Position numbers and translations under genes: made by a program. Positions 1-12,739 of a DNA stretch of 64,000 nucleotides are shown here, piece after piece. Each line of letters opens with the position of its first letter. Position 1 is the first letter of the stretch. The notes under the pieces are model-generated. The model saw only the letters and a list, made by a program, of their open reading frames with translations, had not been told where the DNA came from and made no database searches. The DNA is from Mobula hypostoma (lineage: Eukaryota), in contig NC_086107.1 of assembly GCF_963921235.1 (NCBI RefSeq), positions 107,200,001 to 107,264,000 of the forward strand. The letters run 5' to 3'.

Positions 1-489
1 CCAGCAACTATGTCTTGCTGAGTTGCCTGTTTCAGCGACGTTACAGAGAAATTATACAGATAGCAGGAAAAGCCACAGGGAGGAGGTTGGGACGTCAATC
101 CATATCCACCCCACGATCCCTCACTCCTTGCCAGGCCATTCAAATGAACTGGCCTGCCCTCCTCATGCACCTTCTCCTGCACTCAGTTGGCCCGAAAACG
201 TCAAGTTCTTACTCTTTTCCATGGATGCTGTCTGACCTGCTGAGTTCCTCCAGCATTTTGTGTGTGTTGCTTCAGATTTCCAGCATCTGCAGGCACCCTT
301 GTGTTTGTGATTCCTATTCTACCCTCCTGTCCCACCAGTCCTGGCAGTGTGTTACATTCATTTGCCACTCTCGGCGTAAAAATACGTACCTCCGAGATCC
401 ACCCCGGACGTTCCTCCAATCACTATAAAATTATGTCCTCTCATATCAGCCATTTCTGCCCTGGGAGAAAAGGGTGATAGCTGTCTACT

Positions 490-1080
490 CCACAAGGAAG
501 GCACAGCAGTGGCTATACTTCATTAGGAGTTTGAGGAGATTTGGTACATCACCAAAGGCACTCACAACTTTTAACAGATGTACTGTGAAAAGCATTCTGT
601 CTGGCTGCATCACCATCTGGTATGGGGAGGCACTACATAGGGTTGAAATAAACTGCAGAAAGTTGTAAACTCAATCAGCTCCATCATGGGCACCACCCTC
701 CCCAGCATCCAGGACATCTTCGAGGAGCGATGCCTCAAAAAAGGTGGCATCCTTCATTAAGGACCCCCATCACCCTGGACATGCCCTCTTCTCATTGCTA
801 TCATCAGGAAGGAGATACAGGAGTCCGAAGGAACACACTTATTGATTCAGGAACAGCTTCTTCTCCTCTGCCGTCTGATTTCTCAATGGACATTGAACCC
901 ATGAACACTACGCCACTACTTTTTCCCCCTTTTCCTTCTCATTCTGCACTACATATTTATTTTAACTTTTTAAAATATAGAGTAGTTTACAGTTTTTATC
1001 ATTAAGAATTGCAACGTATTGCTGCCGCATAATAGCAAATTTCGTGACAAATGCCGGTGATATTAAACCTGATTCTGATT
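490..1080 (+). mobile_element. Rex1/Babar-clade LINE, 3' fragment
   Basis: Translates as RKAQQWLYFIRSLRRFG...SILSGCITIWYG, then KDPHHPGHALFSLLSSGRRYRS. The 3' UTR ends in a GATTCT-repeat tail. Confidence 0.85.
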
Positions 1081-2129
1081 ATCATCTTAAGCACCTCTGT
1101 CAAGTCAGAGTCAGATTCATTTAGCACATTTGCATTGAAACATCATTTGTGTTAGCAACCAACTCACCCAAGGATGTGCTGGGGGCGGCCTGCAAGTGTC
1201 TCCACATATTCTGGTGCCAACACAGCATGTCGGCAATGTTTGGCAGAATACCATAAATAACACCAACAGCAACAGAACAAAACAAAGCAACAACAGCAAA
1301 ACAAACTCTTTGCCCACTATCCTCACACATACATACAGGTCTCCAACCTTAGTTCCAGGCTGGACTCGCAGACTTGACCTTCAGGTCTCTACCTCTGGCC
1401 TTGATGACTTTGATCTTTGACCTCTCATCCTTCTTCACTTCAAAGAGAAAAGCCCTCACTTGCTCAACCTCTCCTCATAAAGCATGCTCTCAAAATCAGG
1501 CAGCATCCTGGTTTATCTCCTTTGCACACTCTCTAAAGCTTCCAAATTGCTGTCAGGGAGATGCTACAAGTCCATCACCACCAGGACTACAATTTATCTC
1601 CAAACCTTCTTTCCCATAGTTATCCATCTTCTCAACTTAACTCACTCAGGTGTAATACCTTAACTGTGCCTGCACGACATCCATTAACTGGCCTTTCCTG
1701 CTCTCCCTGGTCTATTGATAACTATTGAGTCTGTTCATATGTTCACATTTATTAAGTTTGATTTTTGACATCTGAGCATGTAACTGTTCTGCTAATTGTT
1801 GAGTGCTCATGGCTGCACTATGGTCTTGTGAATTGGTGGTTGCTATTGTGTTGCCTGTTATGGTATTGTCCTGTGTTTTATGCTTGGCACCGAACCACAA
1901 TCAATTCTGGTATGGTTCACATACTGGCAACAAAGCGATTCTGGTTCTGACCTGAAATCTCAATTCACGAGACAGTTTAGTTTCCATTCAGTGTAATCTC
2001 AACAGACTGAAGCTCAGCAATAAAGGAATCATGGAAGACAAACTCTGACATTTGACTCCACTGAAGACTAATTTCAAAACAAAGAATCAGACATCCTGGA
2101 CTGGGAGGGGAGTCAGGTTGCAAACTAGC

Positions 2130-2940
2130 CTGCTCCATCATCCGTCATGAGCACTAGCCTCCCCAGCATCGAAGACATCTTGAAAAGGTGATGCCTCAAA
2201 ATCACAAGATCCACTTCTGAAGATGTTCTCAATGCTAGTCCCCATGATGGAGCTGGTCAAGTTAATGCTACTATCAGGGGGTGGGGGGGGGCGCAGATAC
2301 AGGAGGTAGAGGACACACACTCAACATTTTAGGAACAAAAAGAGAGCAAAACTAAATAGGCATCCGTTAGTTTCATGAGACCATGGATTTGCACCTTGGA
2401 AGACTGTATGGAAGACCAGCAGTTGCCCATGCTGCAAGTCTCCCCTCTCCACACCAGTGATATTGTCCAAGGGAAGGGCATTAGGACCCATACAGCTTGG
2501 CACCGGTGTCGTCGCAGAGCAATGTACAGTCAAGGGCACAACACGCTGCCTCAGCCAAGGCTCAAACTAGCGACATTCAGATCACTAGACGAACGCCTTA
2601 ACCACTTTGGCCATGCACCAACACAGAGCAAAACTAGTGACATAGTATTTGTTGCCCAGTCAAAAACCTACCACTCCACCATCAGATCTCTGAATGGACA
2701 ACGAATACTACATCGCTAGTTTTACTCTCTTTTTGCACTATTTATCCAATTTAATTTATATATAAATTAAACATACATAAATATAAATTTATATATATAA
2801 AATATGATTTATATTTTTGAATACAGTATGTAGTTCTTATTCTAATTTATGCTATTTTTTATGATTGGACTGTAATGCTGCCACAAAACAACCAATTTCA
2901 TGACATGTGTCAGTGATATAAAACCTGATTCTGGTTCTGA
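2130..2940 (+). mobile_element. Rearranged Rex1/Babar LINE fragments, split by a SINE
   Basis: Same Rex1 C-terminal and 3' UTR sequence as 490-1080, with a short inverted piece near 2220-2270. Ends in ctgattctggttctga. Confidence 0.7.
2358..2615 (-). mobile_element. tRNA-derived SINE with RTE-related body (same family as 45385-45692)
   Basis: Reverse complement matches the head (tggccaaagtggttaaggcg...) and body of the 45385 copy. Confidence 0.8.
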
Positions 2941-3452
2941 AGTTTCACCTAGAGGGTGAAATTGGAATTCTCTAATTTGGAACTTGGAACTCTCTTTACA
3001 TAAGAGGGCTGTGAGAGCTCAATCACTGAATCTATTCAGGTCAGAGACTGATAAGAATTCTGAATAGGAAGGGAAGCAAGAGATTTAGGGTTTGTGCAAT
3101 AAACTGGTGCTGAAGTACAAGATCAAGTACTGTTGGTTGGAGCGGACACAAGGAGCTGAAGGGGTGGTCCTGCTTCTGTTCCCCACGCTCTTCACCAATT
3201 AATCTCAGTGAACTACCCTCCTTAACCAAACAGAAAGTTGCATCAGTCCAGCTTCTCCTACCAACTCCAGTAGTCACTTATGACCAACTAAATGCTTGAC
3301 GAGGGCCCAATCGTTACAAAATAGCAACCGAAATATCCAAACTGTGCACAGCAAGATCTCATGGACAACAATCTGGTCAGAACAGGGGTAGCCATTTAAG
3401 TGATGTTGACTGAGAAGCAATCATCCCTGCGTTTCTTTGAACCTTTTCTATT

Positions 3453-4202
3453 CAAATAAACTCTTCTCAGGCATCCGGCCGGGTACAGATATCAATTATA
3501 CCCAATGTTTTGATGACAGACTTTGCCATCTTCATCAGGGATGATGCCTGGGTATATCTAGTCCGGTGGTATTTATACCCCCATCGTCCGTCCCTCTGGA
3601 TTGGTTAGTCTTTATCCGATCAGATTTTCAGCTCTCTCACCTTGTTTACAATCAAATTCCAGTTCTTACTTGTCGTGAGACCTTGGTCATTGTTAAAATT
3701 CTTTTCCTCCAGTTTTATTTCAATGGCTTCCTTTACCAGGCAGTCCCAAAACCCACTGGCAGTAGCAGAACACTGCATTCACAATGGTCATAGGATTGAC
3801 TTCAACAGCACAAAACTACTCTGCTGCGCCAATGGCTTTTGGGACCGCCTGGTGAAGGAAGTCATTGAAATGAAACTAGAGGAAAAGAGCCTTAACAGAG
3901 ACAAAGGTCTTGCTCTTAGTAAGAATTGGAATTCAATTGTAAACAAGGTGGGAGAGCAGAAACCGGATTGGATGAGGGCTAACCAATCAGGAGGGACAGA
4001 CGATGGGGGTATAAACACCATCAGGATTAGACATGGCCAGGCATCATCCCTGATGAAGATGGCAGAGGTTGTCATCGAAACATTGTACACAGCTGGAAGC
4101 CCCAGAAGAGTTTATTCATCACATACGCCAGGAAAGCGTTAGAGCATTGTACACAGCTGGAAAGTGTTAGAGCATTGTACACAGCTGGAAAGCATTAGAT
4201 CA
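3453..4202 (+). mobile_element. Penelope-like element 3' end (GIY-YIG C-terminus) preceded by an inverted copy of itself
   Basis: ORF 3642..4142 contains AVAEHCIHNGHRIDF...RLVKEVIEMK...LNRDKG. Segment 3453-3756 is the reverse complement of about 3833-4120. Candidate TSD ttttctatt at 3444-3452 and 4203-4211. Confidence 0.85.
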
Positions 4203-4520
4203 TTTTCTATTATGCTACCACGCTGCTCTATAACCCTAGTCAAATCACAGGGTAATTTACAATGACCAATTAGCCTACGAACCAGTATATCTTTGGACTG
4301 TGGGAGGAAATCAGAGCACCCGGAGGAAACCCAGGCGGAAGAGTTGGAATTCAACCCGTGTCCACCACTCTCTTTGCTTCTTTATGTCATCCTTATCTCA
4401 CCCCCTACCACCCTCCAATTAAGTTTCTGAAGATTTGTTTCAATGTAGTTTTGCCTTTGTCGGCTGAACATTCGCAAGTCATCTTCTAGCTTTGACATTC
4501 CACCTCAGTGTTCAATGTAC

Positions 4521-4820
4521 AGGGCAGCACAGTGGCGTAGTGGTTAGCACAAAGTTTTTCAGTACTGGTGACCTGGGTTTAATTCCCACTGCTGCCTGTA
4601 AGGAGTTTGTACGTTCTCCCCGTGACTGTGCGTGCATTTCCTCCCGGTGCTCTGGTTTCCTCCCACAGACCAAAGACGCACCGGTTAGTAGATGACTTGG
4701 TCATTGTCAATTGTCCTGTGATTAAGCTAGGATTAAATTGGGGGATTGCTGGGTGGTGCGGCTCGAAGGGCGGAAGGGCATATTCCAGGCTGTATGTCAA
4801 TAAATAATAAATAAAAAAAA
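4521..4820 (+). mobile_element. V-SINE / HE1-like tRNA-derived SINE
   Basis: tRNA-like head with A/B boxes (gtggcgtagtgg; ggtttaattccc), central ggtttcctcccacag...ccaaagac domain and A-rich tail. Further copies near 4230-4357, 5000-5130, 27490-27670, 33030-33320, 34355-34520, 35310-35520, 36308-36540, 46845-47118 and 48797-49165. Confidence 0.85.
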
Positions 4821-5666
4821 ACAAACAAGGGGATTGAGGTGTGCAATACCCCACTGGCAATAGTTGATTTTGACAAACTGTTTCCAAATGGCTACTCTAC
4901 CCTTTAGCCTGTTCTTCAGTCAATTTATCATTGCATTTACCTGCATCCACATTCAGCCTAAATGCTTGCACTTCATCTGCTCAAAACCTTCTCACCCAAG
5001 TGGTGCAGCTGGTAGAGCTGCTGGCTCACAGATCCAGCGACCCGGGTTCAATTCCGACCTCAGGTGCTGTCTGCGTGGAGTTTGCAGGCTTCCCGTGTAC
5101 TCTGGCTTCCTCCCACATCCAGAAGACATTCCGGCTCTGCTCAGTCGCAGCTCAGATTTAGTTCACTGGTTCAATGGTTCCAGTTAATATCAGAGAATGT
5201 GTACAGTATACCACCTGAAATTCTTACTCTTCACAGACATCCACAAAACAGAAGAAAAACCCAAAGAATGAATGACGGAGAAATGTTAGCACCTCAAAGC
5301 CCCTTCCCTCTTCTCACACACAAGCAAGAGTAAAGCATCAACCCTCCCCAACCTGTTCTACCTGGAAGCATCAGCAACCCCCCACCAGCCAAGCAATAGC
5401 AAAGACCTCAATTGTTTTTAACTGTTTCTAAGGTTTGTAGGGATGGGTTTTGTGGACAGAGAGGGTTAGGGTTCAGAGACAGGGGTATGGGGGGGGGGAA
5501 TTAAATGTCAGACCTGAGTCTAAGTCTCTGCCCCATGTTTGCAGGCCAGCAATGTGGACGCAGAGCCAAAGTCTGCCAGCGGGGTAGGAGGCCGGAGGCC
5601 GATCCTCGAGTTAAAGGGCTGTGTGCATGTGCGTGGGAGGGGAAGAATGGGGCTCGTTCTACTAAT

Positions 5667-6236
5667 AGCAACACACATCAAAGTTGCTGGTGAACGCAGC
5701 AGGCCAGGCAGCATCTCTAGGAAGAGGTGCAGTCGATGTTTCGGGCTGAGACCCTTCGTCAGGACTAACTGAAAGAACAGCTAGTAAGAGATTTGAAAGT
5801 AGGAGGGGGAGGGGAAGATCAAAAATGATAGGAGAAGACAGGAGGGGGAGGGATGGAGCCAAGAGCTAGACAGGTGATTGGCAAAAGGGATATGAGAGGA
5901 TCATGGGACAGGAGGCCCAGGGAGAAAGAAAAGGGGGGGGGGAAGCCCAGAGGATGGGCAAGGGGTATAGTGGGAGGGACAGAGTGAGAAAAAGGAGAGA
6001 GAGAAAAAGAATGTGTGTACAGTATATAAATAAATAACAGATGGGGTACGAGGGGGAGGTGGGGCATTAGCGGAAGTTAGAGAAGTCAATGTCCATGCTA
6101 TCAGGTTGGAGGCTACCTAGACGGAATATAAGGTGTTGTTCCTCCAACCTGAGTGTGGCTTCATCTTGACAGTAGAGGAGGCCGTGGATAGACATATCAG
6201 AATGGGAATGGGACGTGGAATTAAAATGTGCGGCCG
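5667..6236 (-). mobile_element. Penelope-like element 3' end: GIY-YIG tail plus purine/pyrimidine-skewed terminal repeat
   Basis: Minus ORF contains HFNSTSHSHSDMSIHGLLYCQDEATLRLEEQHLIFRLGSLQP (PLE endonuclease C-terminus). A hammerhead motif lies downstream. A short ctaat duplication flanks it. Confidence 0.85.
5730..5767 (-). ncRNA. Minimal type-I hammerhead ribozyme motif (helix III palindrome altered)
   Basis: Minus strand reads tagtc CTGACGA agggtctcagccc GAAAC ATC gactg. Confidence 0.6.
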
Positions 6237-8069
6237 CTAATGCTGTTTTCTGTTGCTTGTTGTGTTCTGTGACGTCCTGCCGAGCGACTGTGAATTTGCT
6301 CTGTTGTGTGGCGGCACCTGTCGGCTCTCCACTCCCCCTCCCGCACACTCTCGGGTGTGACGCTAATGATGCGCTTCACTGCAAGTTCCACAATACACAA
6401 ATAATCCTGAATCATAAACCTTGAACTTTGGTAGGTTAACTAGCCACTGTAATTTGTCCCTGGTGCAAATCTGTGGTGGAATCTGACCGGAATGTAGGGA
6501 GAATAAAATGGGCGCTCGATGGCTAGCATTGACCCGATGGATCGAATGGCCTGTTTCCATGCTGCATGACTCTGACTCAAACTCTTTTATCCAAACATTT
6601 GCAGAGCTGCCAACGTTCACCAGTTATTCTTTGTTAGGCATGACCTGTTTTCCAGAATCCATGTGGGGCTCTCAGTATTATTTTTATTCTTGCTAAGTAC
6701 TTCCGTTTCTAAACAGGCTCTGGTGTTCCTTCTACTCCAGTTGTCAGGTGGAGAGCCCAGAATACTTTGCTCTGATTGTTTTCGGGGTGCGCCGGTCAGG
6801 CAGCGCCCATTCCTGGCTGCTCTTTGAACCACCTCAAGAGTCCCGCAGCTCCCTAAGAGCTGGCTCAGCGATAAGCGGCCGAGGTACGCTCAGGTCAGGG
6901 TTTTTGCTTCTGACTGTAAGCTGCAGATGCCGGAATCCTGAAACAAAGAACAAACAGAAGTTGCAGAAAACTCGCAGCAGGTCAGGCAGCATCTGCGGAG
7001 AGAGGAACAAAGTTGATGTTCCAGCTTTAGATCCCTGTGACAGAACTGGGAAGAGGTTCTTGGCATAAATGGCCGGGGGGAAGGTGGGTACGGTGTGGTG
7101 TGTGTCGCCTTTGGAACTAAGCACCCACCTAGCTCATTAAGCATTTCTGACTTCCCACATGGAAGAGTCTTAGAATTTCACCCTTGGCCCTCATCAGTCA
7201 CTTCAGAACACATGGAACTGCATTAGAAACCTTTCATTCTCACCTCTGAGGGGTGGCCTAGAAGAAAGAACATCATCGTGGGATCATGGAACCTCTGTCA
7301 AGAACTCTACAGCCTCTGCGACTTGCCATAGAGTGCTGAGCTTCTGTGTTTCTCAAGCACCTGTATTTACTCATTGTTATCTTAACTGGAGTCATTAAGC
7401 CCCTGTGCTTTCTGTTTAATCTTGTCAAGTAAATTGTGACTGGCATGGGTTTCCTGCATAAGAGGGCTCCTGTTTAGTACCTTAGTGGGGCCATTGTGTT
7501 GGAGAGAATGAATTATCTTGTGGTGTCACTCAGTTGGTCCTCCGAGGCCCTGTTGGCATTCCTATGTCTAACCCCCTGTTTCCGTCTCTTCATGGGGAAT
7601 CTGCCATCCTCCGCTCCTGGGGTCGAGTCATTGTCAGCACTTCCCATGACTGACGCTGCCTTCCACCATACCCGGGTTGAGGCAGTGACGGCAATGGCTG
7701 TGACACAGAGAGTGCCTGCTGTTCCTCTGCACGTGGGTCCAGTCCTGCGAGCACACACCGTAACTGCTTTCAGGACTGAAGGAGGCTGCTTGGTCTTCCA
7801 TTCCTTGTATTTTTTTATCACCAGTCCTTTTACCAAAGGGAATGGTTTTTCACAAAGCCTTGCATTATCTCTATCAGGTCCTCCTCTCAGTTTTTTTTCC
7901 TTGCTCCAAGGAATTCTTCAGCCTCTCCTCACAACTGAAGCCCCACATCCCTGGTAACATGCTGATGAACTATCCCATGAAGGATACGTGGAGGCCATAC
8001 TTGTCCTAACTCCAACATGGCTGACCTCTCTTCTGTGTCAGTTCCCTCATCCTCAACTTCATATACCTG

Positions 8070-8708
8070 GGGATACGAATTGACAATAAACTGGACTGGT
8101 CTAAGAACAATGAGGCTGTCTACAAGAAGGGTCAGAGCCGTCTATATTTCCTGAGGAGACTGAGGTCCTTTAACATCTGCTGGACGATGCTGAGGATGTT
8201 CTACGAGTCTGTGGTGGCCAGTGCTATCATGTTTGCTGTTGTGTGCTGGGGCAGCAGGCTGAGGGTGGCAGACACCAACAGAATCAACAAACTCATTCGT
8301 AAGGCCAGTGATGTTGTGGGGATGGAACTGGACTCTCTGACGGTGGTGTCTGAAAAGAGGATGCTGTCTAAGTTGCATGCCATCTTGGACAATGTCTCCC
8401 ATCCACTACATAATGTACTGGGTGGGCACAGGAGTACATTCAGCCAGAGACTCATTCCACCGAGATGCAACAGAGCGTCATAGGAAGTCATTCCTGCCTG
8501 TGGCCATCAAATTTTACAACTCTTCCCATGGAGGGTCAGACACCCTGAGCCAATAGGCTGGTCCTGGATTTATTTCATAATTTACTAGCATAATTTACAT
8601 ATTACTATTTAACTATTTATGGTTCTATTACTATTTATTATTTATGGAGCAACTGTAAGGAAAACCAATTTCCCCCGGGATCAATAAAGTATGACTATGA
8701 CTATGACT
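8070..8708 (+). mobile_element. Rex1/Babar LINE, second subfamily, 3' fragment
   Basis: KKGQSRLYFLRRLRSFNIC and MLRMFYESVVASAIMFAVVCWG...SHPLH. Ends aatttcccccgggatcaataaagt followed by (ATGACT)n. Confidence 0.85.
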
Positions 8709-8879
8709 GTATCCTTTCAAAGCTTTATCTACCCCCTCTTTACAAGTCTTCAGTGCAGAGATTCACCACCATTGCGAGGAGAAAATCATCACCTTTCTTT
8801 CATCTTGTCAAACAATTGTGGAGCCATAGACCAAATAGGCCCTTCAGTCCATCTACTTAATGCTGAACAGTTAGAAGTT

Positions 8880-9167
8880 TATTTAGTTATTTTTATTTAT
8901 TGAGATACAGCATGTAACTTCTGGCCCTTTAAGCCATGCTGCCCAGCAATTCCCCTGATTTAACTCTAGCCTAATCAAGGGCCAATTTACAATGGCTAAT
9001 TAACCCCCCCAACCAGAAGGTCTTTGGACTCTGGGAGGAAACCGGAGCACTTGGAGGAAACCCATGTGGTCATGGGGAGAACATACAATCACTTCACAGG
9101 CAGCATCAGGAATTGAACCCCAGTCACTGGTACTGTAAATCGTTGTGCTAACCACTACGCTACCGTG
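8880..9167 (-). mobile_element. V-SINE / HE1-like SINE
   Basis: Reverse complement of the 4521 family, including the tRNA head (cacggtagcgtagtggttagcac). Confidence 0.85.
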
Positions 9168-9473
9168 TGATATGAGTTACCAGGTTCAAACATGGCCTCT
9201 TTGCTTTTACAAAACATAGTGCAGTACAAACTGACTTCAGGCCCTTCAGCCCGTAATAACTGTGCTGAACATGCTAGCCTAAACTAACCTCATCTGCCTG
9301 CACAAGATCAGTATCCTACCATTTCATTTTCTGTTCATGTGTCTATATAAATACCTTGTAAACATTAAGTATCATCTCTGTTTTCACCACCTCCTTTGGC
9401 AGCATGTTCTGGTCACCTACCACTCTTCATGTAAAAGAACTCACCCTTAAAGCTATACCCCCTATTATTTAAT

Positions 9474-9765
9474 GTGGTGCGTAGCCAAGTGGTTAGGGCA
9501 TTGGGCTCACGATCTGAAGGTTGTGGGTTCGAGTCTCAGCCAAGGCAGCGTGTTGTGTCTTTGAGCAAGGCACTTAACCACACACTGCTCCAGTCCACCC
9601 AGCTGAAAATGGGTACCGGCAAATGCTGGGGGTTAACCTTGCAATAGACTGGCGTCAAATCCAGGGAGCGGGGAGTCTCGTACTCTCAGTCGCTTCACGC
9701 CAGAGAGACTGGCATAAGTACCAGCCTGATGGACCACAAGGCTCGGGACAGACTTTAACTTTAAA
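9474..9765 (+). mobile_element. tRNA-derived SINE (gagcaaggcacttaacc type)
   Basis: A box gtagccaagtgg and B box ggttcgagtc. The head is shared with the 45385 family but the body and tail (actttaacttta) differ. Confidence 0.75.
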
Positions 9766-10014
9766 AAACTATTATTTAATACTTCCTCCCCAAGAGAAAA
9801 AAAAACTCTGTCTCTCTTAACTGATACTAAGATAGGAAGAGGAGCAGGTGCTATTGGGGAATGAGGCAGTCTGCATGGATGTCATGTGAATTCTTTACCA
9901 TCATATCGCTATGCTGTTACTTTCCGGGAGTTCTGGATTTGCTTTCCAAGATCTGTCTGAACATCACTGTTCCTAAGGGCCTACTGCCCTCTTACATTTG
10001 ACCTCCCAAATGCA

Positions 10015-10274
10015 TTTATTTATTTATTTATCGAGCTACAGCGTGGATTAGGCCTTTCCTGTCGTTCAAGTCTCACCGTCCGACAACCCCCAATTTAACC
10101 CTACACTTTACAACATCCAATTAACCTACCAGTCGGTTCGTCTTTGGAATGTGGGAGGAAACCCACGCAGTCACGCAAAGAACGTACAAACTCCTTACAG
10201 GCAGCGTCGGGAATTGAACCCGGGTCGCCGGTACCGTAGTGCGTTGTGCTAACCACTACGCTACCGTGCCGCCC
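10015..10274 (-). mobile_element. V-SINE / HE1-like SINE
   Basis: Reverse complement begins ggggcggcacggtagcgtagtggttagcac and ends in a (TAAA)n tail. Confidence 0.85.
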
Positions 10275-11664
10275 TGATTAGCAACGTCTCACACTTGCCT
10301 GGATTAACCTCCATCTGCTTCTTTGCCGCCCGCCTTTCCAACTAGTCTGTAGCCTGCTGAAACCTTGAACCCTCCACAGTCCCATCAGTTTTCCTGTCAT
10401 CTGCAAATTGACTCATCAGCCCACCTACATTTTCTTCCAAATTTATCACAGGCAACGGTGGTCCCAGTACTAAACTATCAGAGCTTCAGTCAGAATAACA
10501 GCCCTTCAACACCCTCCTCTCTCTTCTCCGGCCTGTGTCTCCAGTTCTGTTCTATTCTTCTGCTTATGCATGATAAGATGGACTCTTGACCTCATAATCT
10601 ATCTTGTTATCTACCTCAGAATTCTTTTAAGAAATAACACACAGGATAGACAAAAGAGAATTGGTGGATGTTGTGTACTTGGATTTTCTGTGGATCCATT
10701 GCCACGGATGCTGAGTTGTTGGGTATATTTGAAGAGGAGCTTGATAGGGTCTTGATTAGTAAGGATGATCAAGGTTACGGGGAGAAGGTAGGAGGTTGGG
10801 GCTGAGAGGGAAATAGATCTGCCATGATGGAATGGTGGAGCAGACTCGATGGGCCAAATGGCCTAATTCGATGGTTCAATGGTTCCATTTAATACCAGAG
10901 GATGTATACAGTATACAATCTGAAATTCTTACTCTTCACAGACAGCCTCAAAAGCAGAAGAAGACCCCCAAAGAATGAATGACAGGAAATCATTAGAACC
11001 CCAAACCGCCCCCCACTCACAAGCAGTAGCAAAGGCTTCAATCCTCCCCTTCCTCATCCCCTCCCCTGCCTCAGTAAAATCATCAGCCACCACCAACCCC
11101 CACCCCCATACCATCCTCCATGCTAGAAATAGCAAAGCCTCCAAGGAGACCATGATCTGATCCACCAAAAACCACTGTTCATCCCAACAGCTCGTGATGC
11201 CACGGACTCTCTCCCTCACTAAAAAGGGAGAGAGAGAGAGGGGTATTGCTCCCACCACAGCGAGAGGGGAGGCCAACAGCTCGCTGTTTCGATGTTACAG
11301 TCTGCAGCGCTGTTTATTGTGACACTCTCGATGTTTCGATCTCCCACAACGCTTCAGTCAGTGGCACCAGCACAGAATTGGTTCATCCACAGGGCCACAG
11401 AGCCGCCCGTCTTCTACTCCTGTATCTGGTTATGACCTTTACTGTTCACCTGCACTGCACTTTCTTCGTAGCTTCTACACTTGATTCTGCGGTTTTCTTG
11501 TTTTCCTGCCTCGATGCACTTCTGCAAATATCTTGATCTGTATGAACAGAACAGAAGACAAGATCTTCACTGCATCTTGGTGCATACGACATTAATAATA
11601 AATCAAAAGCAACCAATTTTGAGGCCCTTCATTGGTCAAAGCTGATCATAGATGTTGCATCTTA

Positions 11665-12375
11665 GCTAGAGTGAGCAGTTTCAAGTTTCTGGGTGTCAAG
11701 ATCTCTGCCGTTTTAAACTGGTCTCAACATATCAACGTAGTTATAAAGAAGGCAAGACAACGGCTATACTTCATTAGGAGTTTGAAAAGATTTGGCATGT
11801 CAACAAATACACTCAAAAACTTCTATAGTTGTACAATGGAGAGCATCCTGACAGGCTGCATCACTGTCTGGTATGGGGTGGGGAGGGGCTACTGCGCAGG
11901 ACCGAAAGAAGCTGCAGAAGGTTGTAAATCTAATCAGCTACATCTTAGGTACTAGCCTACAAAGTACCCAGGATATCTTCAGGGAGCGGTGTCTCAGAAA
12001 GGCAGCGTCCGTTATTAAGGACCTCCAGCACCCAGGGCATGCCCTTTTCTCACTGTTACCATCAGGTAGGAGGTACAGAAGCCCGAAGGCACACACTCAG
12101 CGATTCAGGAACAGCTTCTTCCCCTCTGCCATCCGATTCCTAAATGGACATTGAATCCTGGGATACTACCTCACTTTTTTTACTATGCAGTATTTCTGTT
12201 TTTTGAACTTTGTAAAGAAATCTATTCAATATACATACACTGTAATTATTTACTTGTTTTTTTATTATTATTATTATTATTTCTCTTCTAGATTATGCAT
12301 TGCATTGAACTGCTGCTGCTAAGTTAACAAATTTCATGTCTCATGCCGGTGATAATAAACCTGATTCTGATTCTG
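11665..12375 (+). mobile_element. Rex1/Babar LINE 3' fragment
   Basis: VSSFKFLGV...KKARQRLYFIRSLKRFG and HPGHALFSLLPSGRRYRS...RFRNSFFPSAIRFLN. Ends in (GATTCT)n. Confidence 0.9.
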
Positions 12376-12739
12376 TCTACATATACGCAAGCCGGGACAG
12401 TGCAGTATGCAAAGCAAGCTCTTGCCCATGCAGCACGCTCTCCCCCTCTCCTCGCAGCCGATGAATCCAAAGGAACCGACCCTGAAGAGGTTTAAATCTT
12501 CTCCCTGGCGAGAGTTCGGTGAGACCCCCTCTGTGGCCTCCGCTGCTCTCTGCCCCTTCAACCATGTGCTCACGCTCTGGCATCTTCCTCCTTCCTCTCC
12601 AGTCCTGAAGAATCGTCCTGGCACGAAACATCCGCTATTTATTCTTTTCTATAGATGCCGCCTGACCTGCTGAGTTCCTCCAGCATTTTGTGTGTGTTAC
12701 CTTGGATTTCCAACATCTGCAGAATCTCTTGCGTTTGCC

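Noticed and set aside
2750..2771. Perfect 22-bp AT palindrome tttaatttatatataaattaaa
   Set aside because: Low-complexity expansion of the AT tract in a Rex1 3' UTR.
4131..4200. Short regularly spaced repeats (also 21709-21906 and 21-bp units at 39832-39894) as a CRISPR-like array
   Set aside because: They are head-to-tail tandem repeats with no unique spacers, in a vertebrate TE context with no cas genes.
7496..7957. 153-aa plus-strand ORF and overlapping 107-aa minus-strand ORF
   Set aside because: No recognisable domain, and the right end is an antisense CR1 remnant (MLPGMWGFSCEERL on the minus strand).
9474..9548. tRNA-like segments with A/B boxes (also 18917, 45385 and the V-SINE heads)
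   Set aside because: They continue directly into SINE bodies and lack a complete cloverleaf and terminator, so they are SINE heads, not tRNA genes.
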